Source: an uncultured Actinomycetes bacterium (GTDB lineage: Bacteria > Actinomycetota > Thermoleophilia > Gaiellales > Gaiellaceae). Taken from it: a stretch of 64,000 nucleotides of DNA. The DNA lies in the NCBI GenBank assembly GCA_963734825.1, contig CAVTIQ010000004.1:28535-92534 (forward strand), given 5' to 3'. The stretch's first letter is position 1; each line of letters opens with the position of its first letter. The position numbers and the translations under genes are program-made. The notes under the pieces are model-generated. The model was not told the origin of the DNA, ran no database searches, and was given only the letters and a program-made list of their open reading frames with translations. This document shows, piece after piece, positions 28,000-38,307 of the stretch.

Positions 28000-29567
28000 T
28001 GACGATCGACCCCATCCAGCACGCCCGTCGTTGGAAGACGCTCGGCGTGCTCTCGCTGAGCCTGGTGATCATCGGGCTCGACAACACCATTCTCAACGTC
28101 GCTCTTCCGACGCTGCAGGACGAGTTCGACGCCTCCGCTTCGAAGCTGCAGTGGATGGTCGACTCCTATCTATTGGTCTTCGCGGGCTTGCTGCTCCTCT
28201 TCGGCACGCTCGGCGATCGCTTCGGGCGCAAGCTGGCGCTGCAGGCCGGCGTGTCGATCTTCGGGCTCGCGAGTCTCGGCGCTCTCGTCGCGGACTCGGC
28301 TGACCAGGTCATCGTGGTCCGCGCGGCGATGGGTGTCGGCGCGGCGTTGATCATGCCCGCCACGCTCTCGATCATCGCCAACGTCTTCACCGGCGAGGAG
28401 CGCGGTAAGGCGATCGCGATCTGGGCCGCCCTGGCGGCGGTGGGGATCGGGCTCGGCCCGCTGGCGGGCGGACTGCTGCTCGAGTGGTTCGACTGGCCGT
28501 CCGTGTTCCTGGTCAACGTGCCGTTCGCGGTCGCGGCGCTGCTGCTCGGCATCCGCTACGTGCCCGAGAGCCGTGATCCCCAGCCAGGCTCGTTCGACCT
28601 GCTCGGTGCCGCACTCTCGGCCGCCGGCTTCAGCATCCTCGTGTACGCGATCATCGAGGCGCCCGAGCACGGTTGGACCTCCGGTCTCGTGCTCGGATCG
28701 CTCGCGGTGAGCGTTGCGCTGCTGGGCTCCTTCCTCTGGTGGGAGTCGCGCATCAAGGATCCGATGCTCGACCTCGGCTTCTTCCGCAACGCTCGTTTCA
28801 GCGTGGGCACAGCGGCCGTCAGCGTCGCCTTCTTCGCGATGCTCGGCGCGATCTTCGTGCTGACCCAGTACCTGCAGTTCGCTCACGGGTACAGCGCGAT
28901 CGAGGCGGGCGCGATCATGAGCCCAATGGCGCTCGGGCTGATGCTCGGCGCCGGCTCATCGAGCAAGGCCGTGCACCGGCTCGGCACCGCACGCGTCGTC
29001 ACAGCTGGTCTGGCCGGGCTCGCGCTCCTCTTGGCGCTGACGATGCTCTGGGAGTCGAACACCGGCGCACTCGTGCTCGCTGCCTGGTTCTTCGGGCTTG
29101 CACTCTCGATGGGCTGGGTGATGGCACCCGCAACGGAAGCCGTCGTCGGAGCGGTGCCGGCCGCAAAGTCCGGCGTCGCCTCGGCCACGAACACCGTCGC
29201 GCGGATGGTCTCGGGGGCGCTCGGCGTGGCGGTGATCGGCTCGCTCGTCGGCTCCATCTACTCGAACGACGTCGATGGCTCGCTCGATGCTCTACCTCCG
29301 GAGGCGCAGGCCGCCGCAGAGAGCTCGATCGGCGCCGCGAGCGCGATTGCTTCCCAGCTCCCATCGGGCGCGGCCTCCCACCTGCTCGCCACGACGGGCG
29401 ACGCCTTCACGCAGGCAATGGGCTTGGGCCTCCTCGTCGCCGCGGCACTTGCTGCCGCCACGGCGGTGATCGTGGCTCGTCTCATGCCGTCGAGCGAGGC
29501 CGTCGCTGCAGCGACGGTCGGCAGCCGAACACCCCGATCGAGGACGCGACGTCGACGGATTGCCACC
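27999..29567 (+). CDS. MFS transporter, DHA2 (EmrB/QacA, 14-TMS) family; there is no stop codon, so the frame continues into the next feature
   Basis: LSLSLVIIGLDNTILNVALPTL, WMVDSYLLVFAGLLLLFGTLGDRFGRK, and 14 hydrophobic segments ending ...GLGLLVAAALAAATAVIVARLMP, followed by the basic linker RTPRSRTRRRRIAT. Confidence 0.8.
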
Positions 29568-31125
29568 ATGGTCGTGCTTGTAGCGCTCGTATTCGCCGGA
29601 GCCCTCTTCGCCAGTCATTCGGGAGCCTCCGATGCCGCTGGCGCCGCTTCGACTACATCGGGAGCACCTTCGGCCGCGCGTGACTTTGGCGCGATAGACG
29701 CGTTCGTCGAAAGCGAGATGGATGCGCAGCGCATCCCGGGCCTGGCCCTCGGGATCGTGGAGGGCGATCGAGTCGTCCACATCCGGGGATTTGGAGAGGC
29801 CGACTCGTCGGGGCGGCCCGTGTTGCCTCAAACGCCATTCGTCATCGGTTCTCTGAGCAAGTCCGTCACTGCCCTCGCGATCATGCAGCTCGTCGAGGCA
29901 GGGAAGGTCGAGCTCGATGCGCCCGTGCGCCGGTACATCCCCTGGTTCCGCGTGGCCGACGAAGAGGCATCAGCTCGAATCACCGTTCGCCACCTGCTGA
30001 ACCAGACCAGTGGCCTGTCGACGAAGACGGGAAGGTCGTTCCAGGGAGACGGCGATACGAGTGCGGGTGCGCTCGAGCGAGCCGTCCGCAAGTTGAGCAC
30101 CGTCGAGCTGACCAAACCGGTCGGTGTCGCCCACCAATACAGCACGATCAACTACTCGGTGCTCGGGCTCGTCGTGCAAACGGTGAGCCGGACAGTCGTA
30201 CGAGCGCTACATCCAGGAGCACATCTTCGGTCCTCTCGAGATGCGGCATTCCTTCACCTCCGAGGCCGAGGCGAAGCCCCAGGGTTTGGCTCGCGGCCAC
30301 CACTACTGGTTCGGCTGGCCCGTCGCCGCGGACCTGCCGTACAACCGCGGCCTTCTCCCTGCCGGCTACCTCATCTCGAGCGCCGAGGACATGTCGCACT
30401 ACCTGATCGCCCAGCTCAATCGCGGTCGGTACGGCGACGCAGCAGTCCTCTCGCCGGCAGGGACAGCCGAACTACACAAGCCTGCCGTCCCAACGCCCGA
30501 ATCCGGGACGTCGTACGGCATGGGCTGGTTCGTCGGGCCGATCAACGGCATCCCTGCGGTCTTTCATCAGGGCGAGACCTTCAACTACCACGCGAACGTC
30601 GTGCTCATCCCCGGAAGCAATCGCGGAGTCGTCGTGCTGATGAATGCCGAGAACTCGGTGGATCTCTTCGTGCGCGGACGCATGGGAACGGTCGCGGAGG
30701 GGGTCGCCAGCCTTCTCGAAGGGCGCGAGCCGCAACCTCCTCCGTCGAGCACGGGCATCTTCGTGGTCTACGCCGCGCTCCTCGGCGTGATCGCTCTCCA
30801 GATCGGCGGGATCGTCCGTTCCGCGGCGGCTCTGCGGCGTCGGCGTCCTCCCTCGGGCCGCTTCGGATGGAAGGTGCGCACGGGCCTCGCGCTGGCGCTG
30901 AACCTCTGCTGGGCGTTCTTCGTTCTCGTGCTGTTGCCGAAGCAATTCGGGTTGTCGCTCCTGACCCTGGCCCAGGGACTACCCGACCTCTCCTATGCAC
31001 TGCTTGCAAGCGGTGTGATCGCACTCGGATGGGGCGTCTCGAGAACCGTGTGGGCCTACTTCGCTTTCCGCCAGGGCGGCGGCGTTCGGCTGACTTCTTC
31101 CCCACCTATCGCCCAGCTGCCGTGA
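29568..31125 (+). pseudogene. membrane-anchored serine hydrolase (beta-lactamase family) with C-terminal TM bundle; in frame with the upstream MFS; one +1 frameshift at about 30189
   Basis: MVVLVALVFAGALFASHSG (TM/signal), FVIGSLSKSVTA (SxxK), YSTINY (YxN). Then ...LGLVVQTVS|GQSYERYIQEHIFGPLEMRHSF... continues in track ORF 30241..31125, which ends with about 4 TM segments. An extra C sits at 30189. Confidence 0.8.
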
Positions 31126-31160
31126 ATACCGAATTCGATCCACGACAGGGAGGTAAGAGC

Positions 31161-31596
31161 ATGCGCATCGAGCAAACATTCTTCGTGAGTCGGCCGCCGG
31201 AGGTCGTCTTCGACTACGTCACGAACCCGGCGCTCCTTGCCGATTGGCAAACGTCCAAGACGTCGGTGGAGCAGCTCACGGAAGGCGCCGCAGGGGCTGG
31301 GAACGCGTTTCCGGGAGCGGACGAAGCCCCCGGGCGGCAAGGAGTTCGAGCAGATCGTCGAGTTCACCGAGTTCGACCGACCTGTGCGGGTCCACGCGCA
31401 CATCGTCGAGGGGCCATACCCGATCGACGGAACGTGGTCGTTCGAGCCCGACGGCGATGGGACGCGGGTGCACTTCGTGGCCGACGGCGAGCTTCGCGGC
31501 GTGATGCGGGCGCTCCAGCCGGTCGCGAAGCGCTTCATCGCCCGCCAGATGGCCGGTTACCACGAGAACCTTCGCCGCAACGTCGAGGCCGGCTAG
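31161..31596 (+). pseudogene. SRPBCC (START/polyketide-cyclase-like) family protein with one +1 frameshift near 31284-31287
   Basis: GGGAGG then ATG 31161. MRIEQTFFVSRPPEVVFDYVTNPALLADWQTSKTSVEQLTEG | PQGLGTRFRERTKPPGGKEFEQIVEFTEFDRPVRVHAHIVEGPYPIDGTWSFEPDGDGTRVHF... 436 nt = 435+1. Confidence 0.75.
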
Positions 31597-31681
31597 CCGT
31601 GAGAAACGTCAGTACCGCACGAGCTGGATCTGCGCACCCCTCGTCACGCCCGGATAGCGGTCCGACTGCGGGGCACGTCTC

Positions 31682-32947
31682 GTGACGACCGTCAACCCAG
31701 CAAAGCGCGTCGCCGGCCGTGAATATCGAGTCTTCCTGCTGGCGGTCGGTCTCGTCGGTCTTCACATCGTCGATGACAACTTCCTCCAGCCAGAGCCGGG
31801 GACATCAGCTGGAGATCACCTGGCCAGCGGACTCGTCCCGATCGCCGTCCTCGCGGCCTGCGCGGTCGCCTATCCGCGCCTGCGCGCAGGCGCGCGTGCC
31901 TACGTGTCGATGACGCTCGGCGCTCTCGCGATCGCGATCGGGACGCCCGGGATGTACCACCTCGTAGACGGCAACGCATCGAGCGACGACTACACGGGAC
32001 TGCTCGCCATCGTCGCGGGCGTTGCTCTTCTCATTGCCGGGCCGGTGATTCTGTGGAAGGCGCGCCGTAAGGGCGGGAGCCGGCGACGGCGGTACCTCCG
32101 TAGGTCGTTGCTTGCCGTCGGGGCCGTGGCAATCGGGCTCGCGACCTTCTGGTTCATCGTCTTCCCGGTCGGCTTTCCCTACATCTACACCCACGTCGGC
32201 CAGACTGCGACTGCTCCCGATCTCACCGTCCCTTCTGAGAGCGTGACAGTCACTACCAGCGACTCACTCGACCTGGCCGCGACGTATGTCCCGTCCAAGA
32301 ACGGCGCCGCGGTGATCGTCTTTCCAGGAGCGACGCGAGTCGAGGAGGCGCAGATGATCGCCCGCCATGGGTACGGCGTGCTGCTGCTCGAGCCGCGCGG
32401 CCAGGGAGCGAGCGAGGGAGACACGGTGCGCTGGGCGGGGGACCGCGACCTGCATGCCGGTGTCGACTACCTGACGAGCCGTCCCGACGTCGATGCCGAG
32501 CGCATCGGGGCCATCGGCTTCTCGATCGGCGGCGAGCAGCTGCTCGAGGCTGCCGCGCAGTCGACTGCGATCAAGGCGGTCGTGTCCGAGGGTGCGGGCA
32601 GCCGTGTCGGTGATGAAGACGTGTCAGGCCCGGCACGTCTGCTCGCGGAACCGAACCTGGCCGTGATGACGGCAGCCCTGACGGTCTTCTCGAACCATGG
32701 CCCTCCGCCGCCGATCGTGGATCGGATCGGGCGAATCGCGCCGCGTTCCGTCTTCCTGATCTACGCCGACCCAGGACTTGGCGGCGAGAGCACGCGGCAG
32801 CCCAAGTACTACGAAGCCGCCGGCGAGCCGAAGGCGATCTGGAAGGTGCCGGGCTCTACGCACACGGGCGGCATCGACGCGCAACCCGCCGAATACGAGC
32901 GCCGGGTGATCGCGTTCTTCGACCGCGCGCTGCTCGGGACGGGATGA
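31682..32947 (+). CDS. membrane-anchored alpha/beta hydrolase (dienelactone-hydrolase/peptidase S9-like)
   Basis: About 5 N-terminal TM segments, then the VIVFPGATR...LLLEPRGQGASEG...IGAIGFSIGGE (GxSxG) nucleophile elbow. Confidence 0.7.
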   Translation: MTTVNPAKRVAGREYRVFLLAVGLVGLHIVDDNFLQPEPGTSAGDHLASGLVPIAVLAACAVAYPRLRAGARAYVSMTLGALAIAIGTPGMYHLVDGNASSDDYTGLLAIVAGVALLIAGPVILWKARRKGGSRRRRYLRRSLLAVGAVAIGLATFWFIVFPVGFPYIYTHVGQTATAPDLTVPSESVTVTTSDSLDLAATYVPSKNGAAVIVFPGATRVEEAQMIARHGYGVLLLEPRGQGASEGDTVRWAGDRDLHAGVDYLTSRPDVDAERIGAIGFSIGGEQLLEAAAQSTAIKAVVSEGAGSRVGDEDVSGPARLLAEPNLAVMTAALTVFSNHGPPPPIVDRIGRIAPRSVFLIYADPGLGGESTRQPKYYEAAGEPKAIWKVPGSTHTGGIDAQPAEYERRVIAFFDRALLGTG

Positions 32948-33090
32948 TCCACGCCTGTTCGGCGGCTCCTTGCTCATTGCGCTCAGACGCGGGCTGGCGC
33001 CCGAGCACGGCGTCTTCGAGATCGCCTGCCGCTAGCAAATAGAGTGAGCCCGGTCGGGCGTTTCGACATGAACTGAGCTCGGGAGGCCAG

Positions 33091-34719
33091 ATGGCGGACG
33101 AAGACGTTCCCGTTCTGATCGTGGGCGGCAGCCTCGTCGGGCTGTCGACAGCGGTCTTCCTCGGTCATCACGGCGTGCCGTCGCTCGTTCTCGAGCGGCA
33201 TCGGGGCACGGCGATCCACCCGCGGGCCGCGCTCGTCAACCAGCGCTCGGTCGAGACGTACCGGGCCGTCGGGCTCCAGGCGGACATCGAGGACGCCGCG
33301 GCCCGGGAGTTCGTCCAGAACGGCGCGATCGTGTCGGTCGAGAGCCTCGGCGGGAAGGAGCTCGACTGGTACTTCCGATTCATCAACGAAGGCGTGGAGG
33401 ACATCAGCCCGTCCCCGCGCCTCTTCGTCACGCAGATCGGGCTCGAGCCGATTCTGCTCGAAGCCGCCGAGCGTCTGGGAGCCCGCATCCGCTACGCGTC
33501 CGACGCCGTCTCGGTCGAGCAGGACGCTGACGGTGTGACGGCCGTCGTCCGGCCGCGCGACGGTGGTCCCGACAGCACGGTGCGAGCGAGGTACCTGATC
33601 GCGGCCGATGGTGCACACAGCCCGATCCGCGAGCGACTCGGCATTCGGAAGCTCGGGCACGGCAGCTTCTCGGACAGCATCACGATCTACTTCCGAGCAG
33701 ACGTCAGTCGGCTGATGGGCGATCGAAATCTCAGCGTCGTCTACGTCTTCGGGCCTGGGCTGCAAGGGTTCTTCCGGTTCTCCATCGATCTGCAGGCGGG
33801 CTTCCTCGTCGTCAACTCCACCACCGACGCCGACGGGAACCGGTCGGTCCGGATCGGCGAGGACATGAGCGCGCCGACGTGCATCGCCTATGTGCGAGAA
33901 GCGCTCGGGGATCCGGATCTCGCGGTCGAGATCGAGAACGTCCAGCGCTGGTCCGCGTCGGCGGAATACGCGGAGCGGCTTCGGGAAGGCCGTGTGTTCG
34001 TCGCGGGTGACGCGGCGCACGTGATGCCTCCCACCGGAGGATTCGGCGGAAACGCGGGAATCCAGGACGGGTACGACCTCGCCTGGAAGCTCGCCCACGT
34101 ACTCGACGGCCGGGCAGACGAGTCCTTGCTCGAGACGTACGACGCCGAGCGCCAGCCGGTCGGAGCACTCACCACCGAGCAGGCGTACACGCGTTACGTG
34201 CTCCGGCTCGATCCCGCCCTCGGCAAGGACGATCTCATGCCTATCGTCGAGGAGGCGACGGTCGAGCTCGGCTACGGGTACCGGTCAGCAGGGATCGTCA
34301 GCGAGACGTCCGACGCCGACGCGCTGTGGGAGGACCCGCGCGAGCCCTCGGCGCGCCCGGGCTTTCGGGCGCCGCACGCGCCCGTCACGGTCGCCGGTGT
34401 CGAGCAGTCGACTCTGGATCTTTTCGGACACGACTTCGTCGTACTCGCCGGATCGAGCGGGGAGGACTGGTGCTCGGGTGCGCAAGCGGCGAGCGGCTCG
34501 CTCGGAGTTACCGTGAATCCGCTTCGAATAGGCACGGACGTGAGCGACGCGGACGGGCAGCTCGAGGCTCTCTACGGCACCGGCCCGGACGGCGCCGTGC
34601 TCGTCCGTCCGGACGGGTTCGTCTGCTGGCGCAGCGCCACGGGCCACACGAACCCCGCAGGAGAGCTCACAGCCGCTCTGGACGCGGCTCTTGGCCGCGG
34701 CGTCTCTTCCGCTGTCTGA
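33091..34719 (+). CDS. FAD-dependent aromatic-ring monooxygenase (PheA/TfdB, RdmE-like class A flavoprotein)
   Basis: VLIVGGSLVGLSTAVFL (GxGxxG), YLIAADGAHSPIR (DG motif), VFVAGDAAHVMPPTGGFGGN (GD motif), and a C-terminal thioredoxin-like extension. 542 aa, intact. Confidence 0.85.
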   Translation: MADEDVPVLIVGGSLVGLSTAVFLGHHGVPSLVLERHRGTAIHPRAALVNQRSVETYRAVGLQADIEDAAAREFVQNGAIVSVESLGGKELDWYFRFINEGVEDISPSPRLFVTQIGLEPILLEAAERLGARIRYASDAVSVEQDADGVTAVVRPRDGGPDSTVRARYLIAADGAHSPIRERLGIRKLGHGSFSDSITIYFRADVSRLMGDRNLSVVYVFGPGLQGFFRFSIDLQAGFLVVNSTTDADGNRSVRIGEDMSAPTCIAYVREALGDPDLAVEIENVQRWSASAEYAERLREGRVFVAGDAAHVMPPTGGFGGNAGIQDGYDLAWKLAHVLDGRADESLLETYDAERQPVGALTTEQAYTRYVLRLDPALGKDDLMPIVEEATVELGYGYRSAGIVSETSDADALWEDPREPSARPGFRAPHAPVTVAGVEQSTLDLFGHDFVVLAGSSGEDWCSGAQAASGSLGVTVNPLRIGTDVSDADGQLEALYGTGPDGAVLVRPDGFVCWRSATGHTNPAGELTAALDAALGRGVSSAV

Positions 34720-34754
34720 GGCGAGATTCTTGCCCTCGAGACGGGGCGGCGCCG

Positions 34755-35450
34755 TCACATGCACATCCAACCGCCGTCGACCACGAGGTTGATGCCGTTG
34801 ATGGCCTGGTTCTCCAGCAGGAAGTGTGATGCGCCGACGACCTCCGCCATTGTCACGAGGCGTCCGATCGGCGTCCGGTCGACGAGCGCCTTGTGCCGTT
34901 CCGGTGCCATGTCGCGCCACTGCGGGCTGTCGCCGACGATCGCTGGGTGGATCGCGTTGACGCGTATCGGCGCGAGTTCCCACACGAGCGTCCGCACGAG
35001 TGCGGTCACGCCGCCGTTGACCGTCGTCACCGTCGTCGAGCCCGGGTACGGCCGATCGCGTGCCAGCCCTCCGTAGAAGAGGATGCTCGAGTCGTCGTGG
35101 AGCCGCGGCGCGAGCACGTGGATCACCTCCGTGAAGCCGACCAGCTTGAGCGTGACGAGCCGGAGCGCAGCGTCGATGTCGTACTCGCGCACCTTGTTCA
35201 CGTCGCGCTCGATCGCGACGAGGACGAGGTGGTCGACGTCGCCCACATCGGCAAGCGCGCCCGCGATCGTGTGCGGATCCGCGAGATCGAACCCGATGCC
35301 GCGCGTCGCGCCGCCGATCTCCTGCGCCGCAGTCTCCGCCCGGGACTGGTCCCTGCCGGTCACGACCACCTCGCGGCCCTCGTCGGCGTACGACACCGCG
35401 AGCTCACGGCCCATCCCCTGCGTGCCGCCAACGATGACGACGTTGCCCAT
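34755..35450 (-). CDS. SDR-family oxidoreductase
   Basis: VVIVGGTQGMGRELA, a Rossmann beta-alpha pattern, NAIHPAIV. 231 aa. Confidence 0.75.
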   Translation of the reverse strand: MGNVVIVGGTQGMGRELAVSYADEGREVVVTGRDQSRAETAAQEIGGATRGIGFDLADPHTIAGALADVGDVDHLVLVAIERDVNKVREYDIDAALRLVTLKLVGFTEVIHVLAPRLHDDSSILFYGGLARDRPYPGSTTVTTVNGGVTALVRTLVWELAPIRVNAIHPAIVGDSPQWRDMAPERHKALVDRTPIGRLVTMAEVVGASHFLLENQAINGINLVVDGGWMCM

Positions 35451-35476
35451 GCTCTCTCCCTTCGCTCAGAGCTGAA

Positions 35477-35514
35477 GGCCCCGGTCCGCGAGCGAACGCT
35501 CGCGGACCGGGGCC
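35477..35514 (-). terminator. strong hairpin downstream of the amidohydrolase gene
   Basis: Perfect 18-bp stem GGCCCCGGTCCGCGAGCG-AA-CGCTCGCGGACCGGGGCC, 13 nt after the stop at 35528. No U tract. Confidence 0.55.
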
Positions 35515-35527
35515 GAGTACTAGCGAC

Positions 35528-36895
35528 CTAGACGGCTGCCGACGCCCCGGCTGCCCAGTCCGGCAGCAGCTCGCCTTCGCCGAGGATGTGATTCCGAGAC
35601 TCGTCGAGCTTGGAGAACGTCTTCTTGAGGTCGACGTCGACGAGCTTCCCGTGGCGCTTCACGGCCTGCCCGGCGACGAAGACCGAGTCCACGTTCGACG
35701 TGTCGGAGAAGACGACGATCGTCCCGATGGGGTCGACCATCGGAGCCGTGTTGATCGCCTTGACGTTCAGGAGGACGATGTCCGCCTGCTTCTTCGGCGT
35801 GAGCGATCCGACCTTGTCCTCGAGCGCGCACGCGCGGGCGCCCTCGATCGTGGCGAACTCGAGCACGTCCCGATGCGTCAGCTTCGGTGCGAACGCCTCG
35901 TCGGGCGTATCTGTGTGCGCGCCGATCCGCTCGTAGACGAGGGCGGTGCGCATCTGCGTGAACATCTCTCCGGGGACGCTCGAGACGACGTCGACCGAGA
36001 GCGACGGCCGAACGCCGCGATCGAGGAGCCTGCCCGTCGGCGGCGGGCCGTGGCCCATGAGCATCTCGACGTACGGTGCGATCGAGGCCGTCCCGCCGGT
36101 CGATGCGATGAGGTCGAGCTCCTCGTCCGTCGAGTCCGTGCAGTGGATGTACGTCGTGTCGGGGCCGAGCAGTCCGAGGTCGTGCATGTTCTTGACGTGG
36201 GTCACGTGGACCGTCGTCAGTCGCATGCCGACGTGCACGCTGATCCGGATGCCCAGGTCGCGCGCGAGTTCCCAGTCGTGCTTGGCGACCTCGAAGTTCG
36301 AGTTGCCGGGCGCCCGAGCGGCAAGCGCTAGCGTCAGGAGCTGATCTTCCGAGGAGAAGTACGTCTCGGCAATGCGTCGGATGTCCTCCGGGTGATCCAG
36401 GTCGCTGAACGACCACCACTCGCCGCCGGTCGGCACACCGTGTGCGTAGATCGCGCGAATACCGGCGTCCTTCAGACCCTGGACGGCTGCGTCGGAGTGG
36501 TCGGGCGTGTTGTTGATGTGCGACCAGTCGAGCAGCGTGGTCACGCCCCCGTTCATCGCCTCGAGGGAGCCTGCGTAGTTGCCGACGTGGACGTCCTCGG
36601 GCCGGTAGTGGCCGCCGACGCTGCCGAGCATGACGGCGAAGTAGTTGTCGAGCGTGCAACACGGGAGGACGCCGCGCACGGGCGTCTGCCAGGTGTGCCG
36701 GTGCGTGTCCACGAATCCCGGCATGACGATCATCCCCGTCGCATCGATCTCCTCCGCGTCCGATACGCCGAGGTCGGGACCGACGTCCACGATGACGCCG
36801 TCCTCGACGAGGACTTCGCCGTGTGGGATCTCGCCGATGGCGGGGTCCATCGAGACGACGAACCCGTTCCGGAAAACAAGGCGCTGCGAACTCAT
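35528..36895 (-). CDS. amidohydrolase-superfamily protein (metal-dependent deaminase/hydrolase, cytosine/guanine-deaminase-like)
   Basis: IVMPGFVDTHRHTWQ (HxH metal site), later VHVG...H and FSDTSN/D motifs. 455 aa, intact. Confidence 0.8.
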   Translation of the reverse strand: MSSQRLVFRNGFVVSMDPAIGEIPHGEVLVEDGVIVDVGPDLGVSDAEEIDATGMIVMPGFVDTHRHTWQTPVRGVLPCCTLDNYFAVMLGSVGGHYRPEDVHVGNYAGSLEAMNGGVTTLLDWSHINNTPDHSDAAVQGLKDAGIRAIYAHGVPTGGEWWSFSDLDHPEDIRRIAETYFSSEDQLLTLALAARAPGNSNFEVAKHDWELARDLGIRISVHVGMRLTTVHVTHVKNMHDLGLLGPDTTYIHCTDSTDEELDLIASTGGTASIAPYVEMLMGHGPPPTGRLLDRGVRPSLSVDVVSSVPGEMFTQMRTALVYERIGAHTDTPDEAFAPKLTHRDVLEFATIEGARACALEDKVGSLTPKKQADIVLLNVKAINTAPMVDPIGTIVVFSDTSNVDSVFVAGQAVKRHGKLVDVDLKKTFSKLDESRNHILGEGELLPDWAAGASAAV

Positions 36896-37217
36896 GCCAC
36901 TCTCCTTGGCCGGCGGAACATCGAAATCGCGTCAGCGCTCGGGGCGCGCCCGCCTGCGGCAGGCCGCTGCGCGCTGCCGGATGTACAGCGAGCATAAACA
37001 CCCTGGCGTGAACGCGTCAACAGGGTCGTGATCGAGACTTTCCTTGTCGACGGACGGTTTTGCGCCCTGTCGAGCCTCACTTGGGATGGCTTGGACGAGC
37101 GGCACGATCGCGGCGGCGCGTTCGGTCATGGTTGACACTCCTCGTCGGACGTGCTCAGAATGGACTCCTGGTCGCGGCTAGCTCCTCACCGTTCTGCCGC
37201 TCTGGATCGAGTGGTCC

Positions 37218-38283
37218 GTGAGCCCCACGGGTGACACCGACGGCGTGACCATGGGGCGCTCCGCGCAACTGATCGCGAGTGGTCTCGTGGCAGCGCGCTT
37301 CCTGCCGATCTGGCTCGCCATGGGAGCGCTCCTCGTCGTCGCAGCGCTCTTCGCACCCAGCACGCTCGAGAACACGTCGTGGTCCTACATCCTCCCGTTC
37401 GGGACCATCCTCGCGATCGCCGCGCTCGGGCAGATGCTCGTGGTTATGCAGGCGGGCATCGACCTCTCGACCGCCGGCGTGATCTCCCTCTGCGCGAACG
37501 TGCTCGTCGGCGTGAGCGTGGGTTCCAACCATGGTCTGGCGGTGGGAATGCTCGTCTGCGTCGGCCTGGGGGCGCTCGTGGGCCTTGTCAACGGAGTCCT
37601 CGTCGGAATCGTGAGGCTGAATCCACTGATCGTGACGCTGGCTGTCGGGCAGATCGTGCTCGCGTACAGCTCGAAGTACGCGCGCGAGAACACGGTTTCG
37701 TTGCAGGTGCCGGAATCGCTCTCGTCGTGGGCGGCGGAAGAAGCCTCTCGGGATCAGCACCGTCTTCTGGACGGGCGCGGCGATCGCGATCGCCGTCGCG
37801 CTCGCGCTTCGCTACACGACCGCCGGCAGGCGCTTCCAGGCAGTGGGTGCGAACCCGAGAGCTGCGTGGATGGCCGGACTGCGCGTCCGAACACACGTGG
37901 TGTTCGCGTACACGGCGGCGGGCGTTCTCTACGCAGTCGCGGCGATCTTGCTCGCGGCCGTGCGCATCAGCATCGACTCGGGCTTCGGCGCCGCGTATCT
38001 CCTCGCGCCGATCGCCGCAGTTGTCCTCGCGGGCGCTGCGCTCTCGGGTGGACTGGCGAGTGCGACGTCGACCTGGATGGCGGCACTCGCGCTCACGTTC
38101 CTCACGGAGATGCTGCTCATCTTCGGGCTCTCGGCGGCGTTGCAGTTCATCGTGTTCGGCGCAGCAATCATCGTCGGGATGCTGGTTTCGGGGGACCGGG
38201 TAGCGTCTCTTCTCGGCCGCCTCCTTCGTACGATCGAAGCATCGGCTGGAACTCGCCCCAAAGCGGGGGAAAACACGAGCTGA
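37218..38283 (+). pseudogene. ABC sugar-type permease (BPD_transp_2, RbsC/XylH-like) with one +1 frameshift near 37731-37738
   Basis: Track ORFs 37218..38414 (N-half, TM-rich) and 37843..38283 (C-half). The hand-read joining frame gives ...SLSSWA|KKPLGISTVFWTGAAIAIAVALALRYTTAGRRFQAVGANPRAAWMAG. 1066 nt = 1065+1. Confidence 0.8.
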
Positions 38284-38307
38284 GGCAGGCTCACGAAAGG
38301 AGACACG

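Noticed and set aside
27999-31685. 1228-aa ORF taken at face value as one giant protein
   Set aside because: After about 30189 the translation degenerates into Arg/Pro-rich junk, while the hydrolase sequence continues in the +1 frame (30241..31125). Further on, the SRPBCC gene is picked up by chance. Only 27999-30188 is genuine in this frame.
36932-37138. 68-aa ORF (minus) in the amidohydrolase/ABC intergenic region
   Set aside because: There is no SD, codon quality is mixed (good GC3 only in the first half), the tail is Arg/Ala-rich, and no motif is recognisable. It may be leader or promoter DNA. Evidence is not sufficient for a call.
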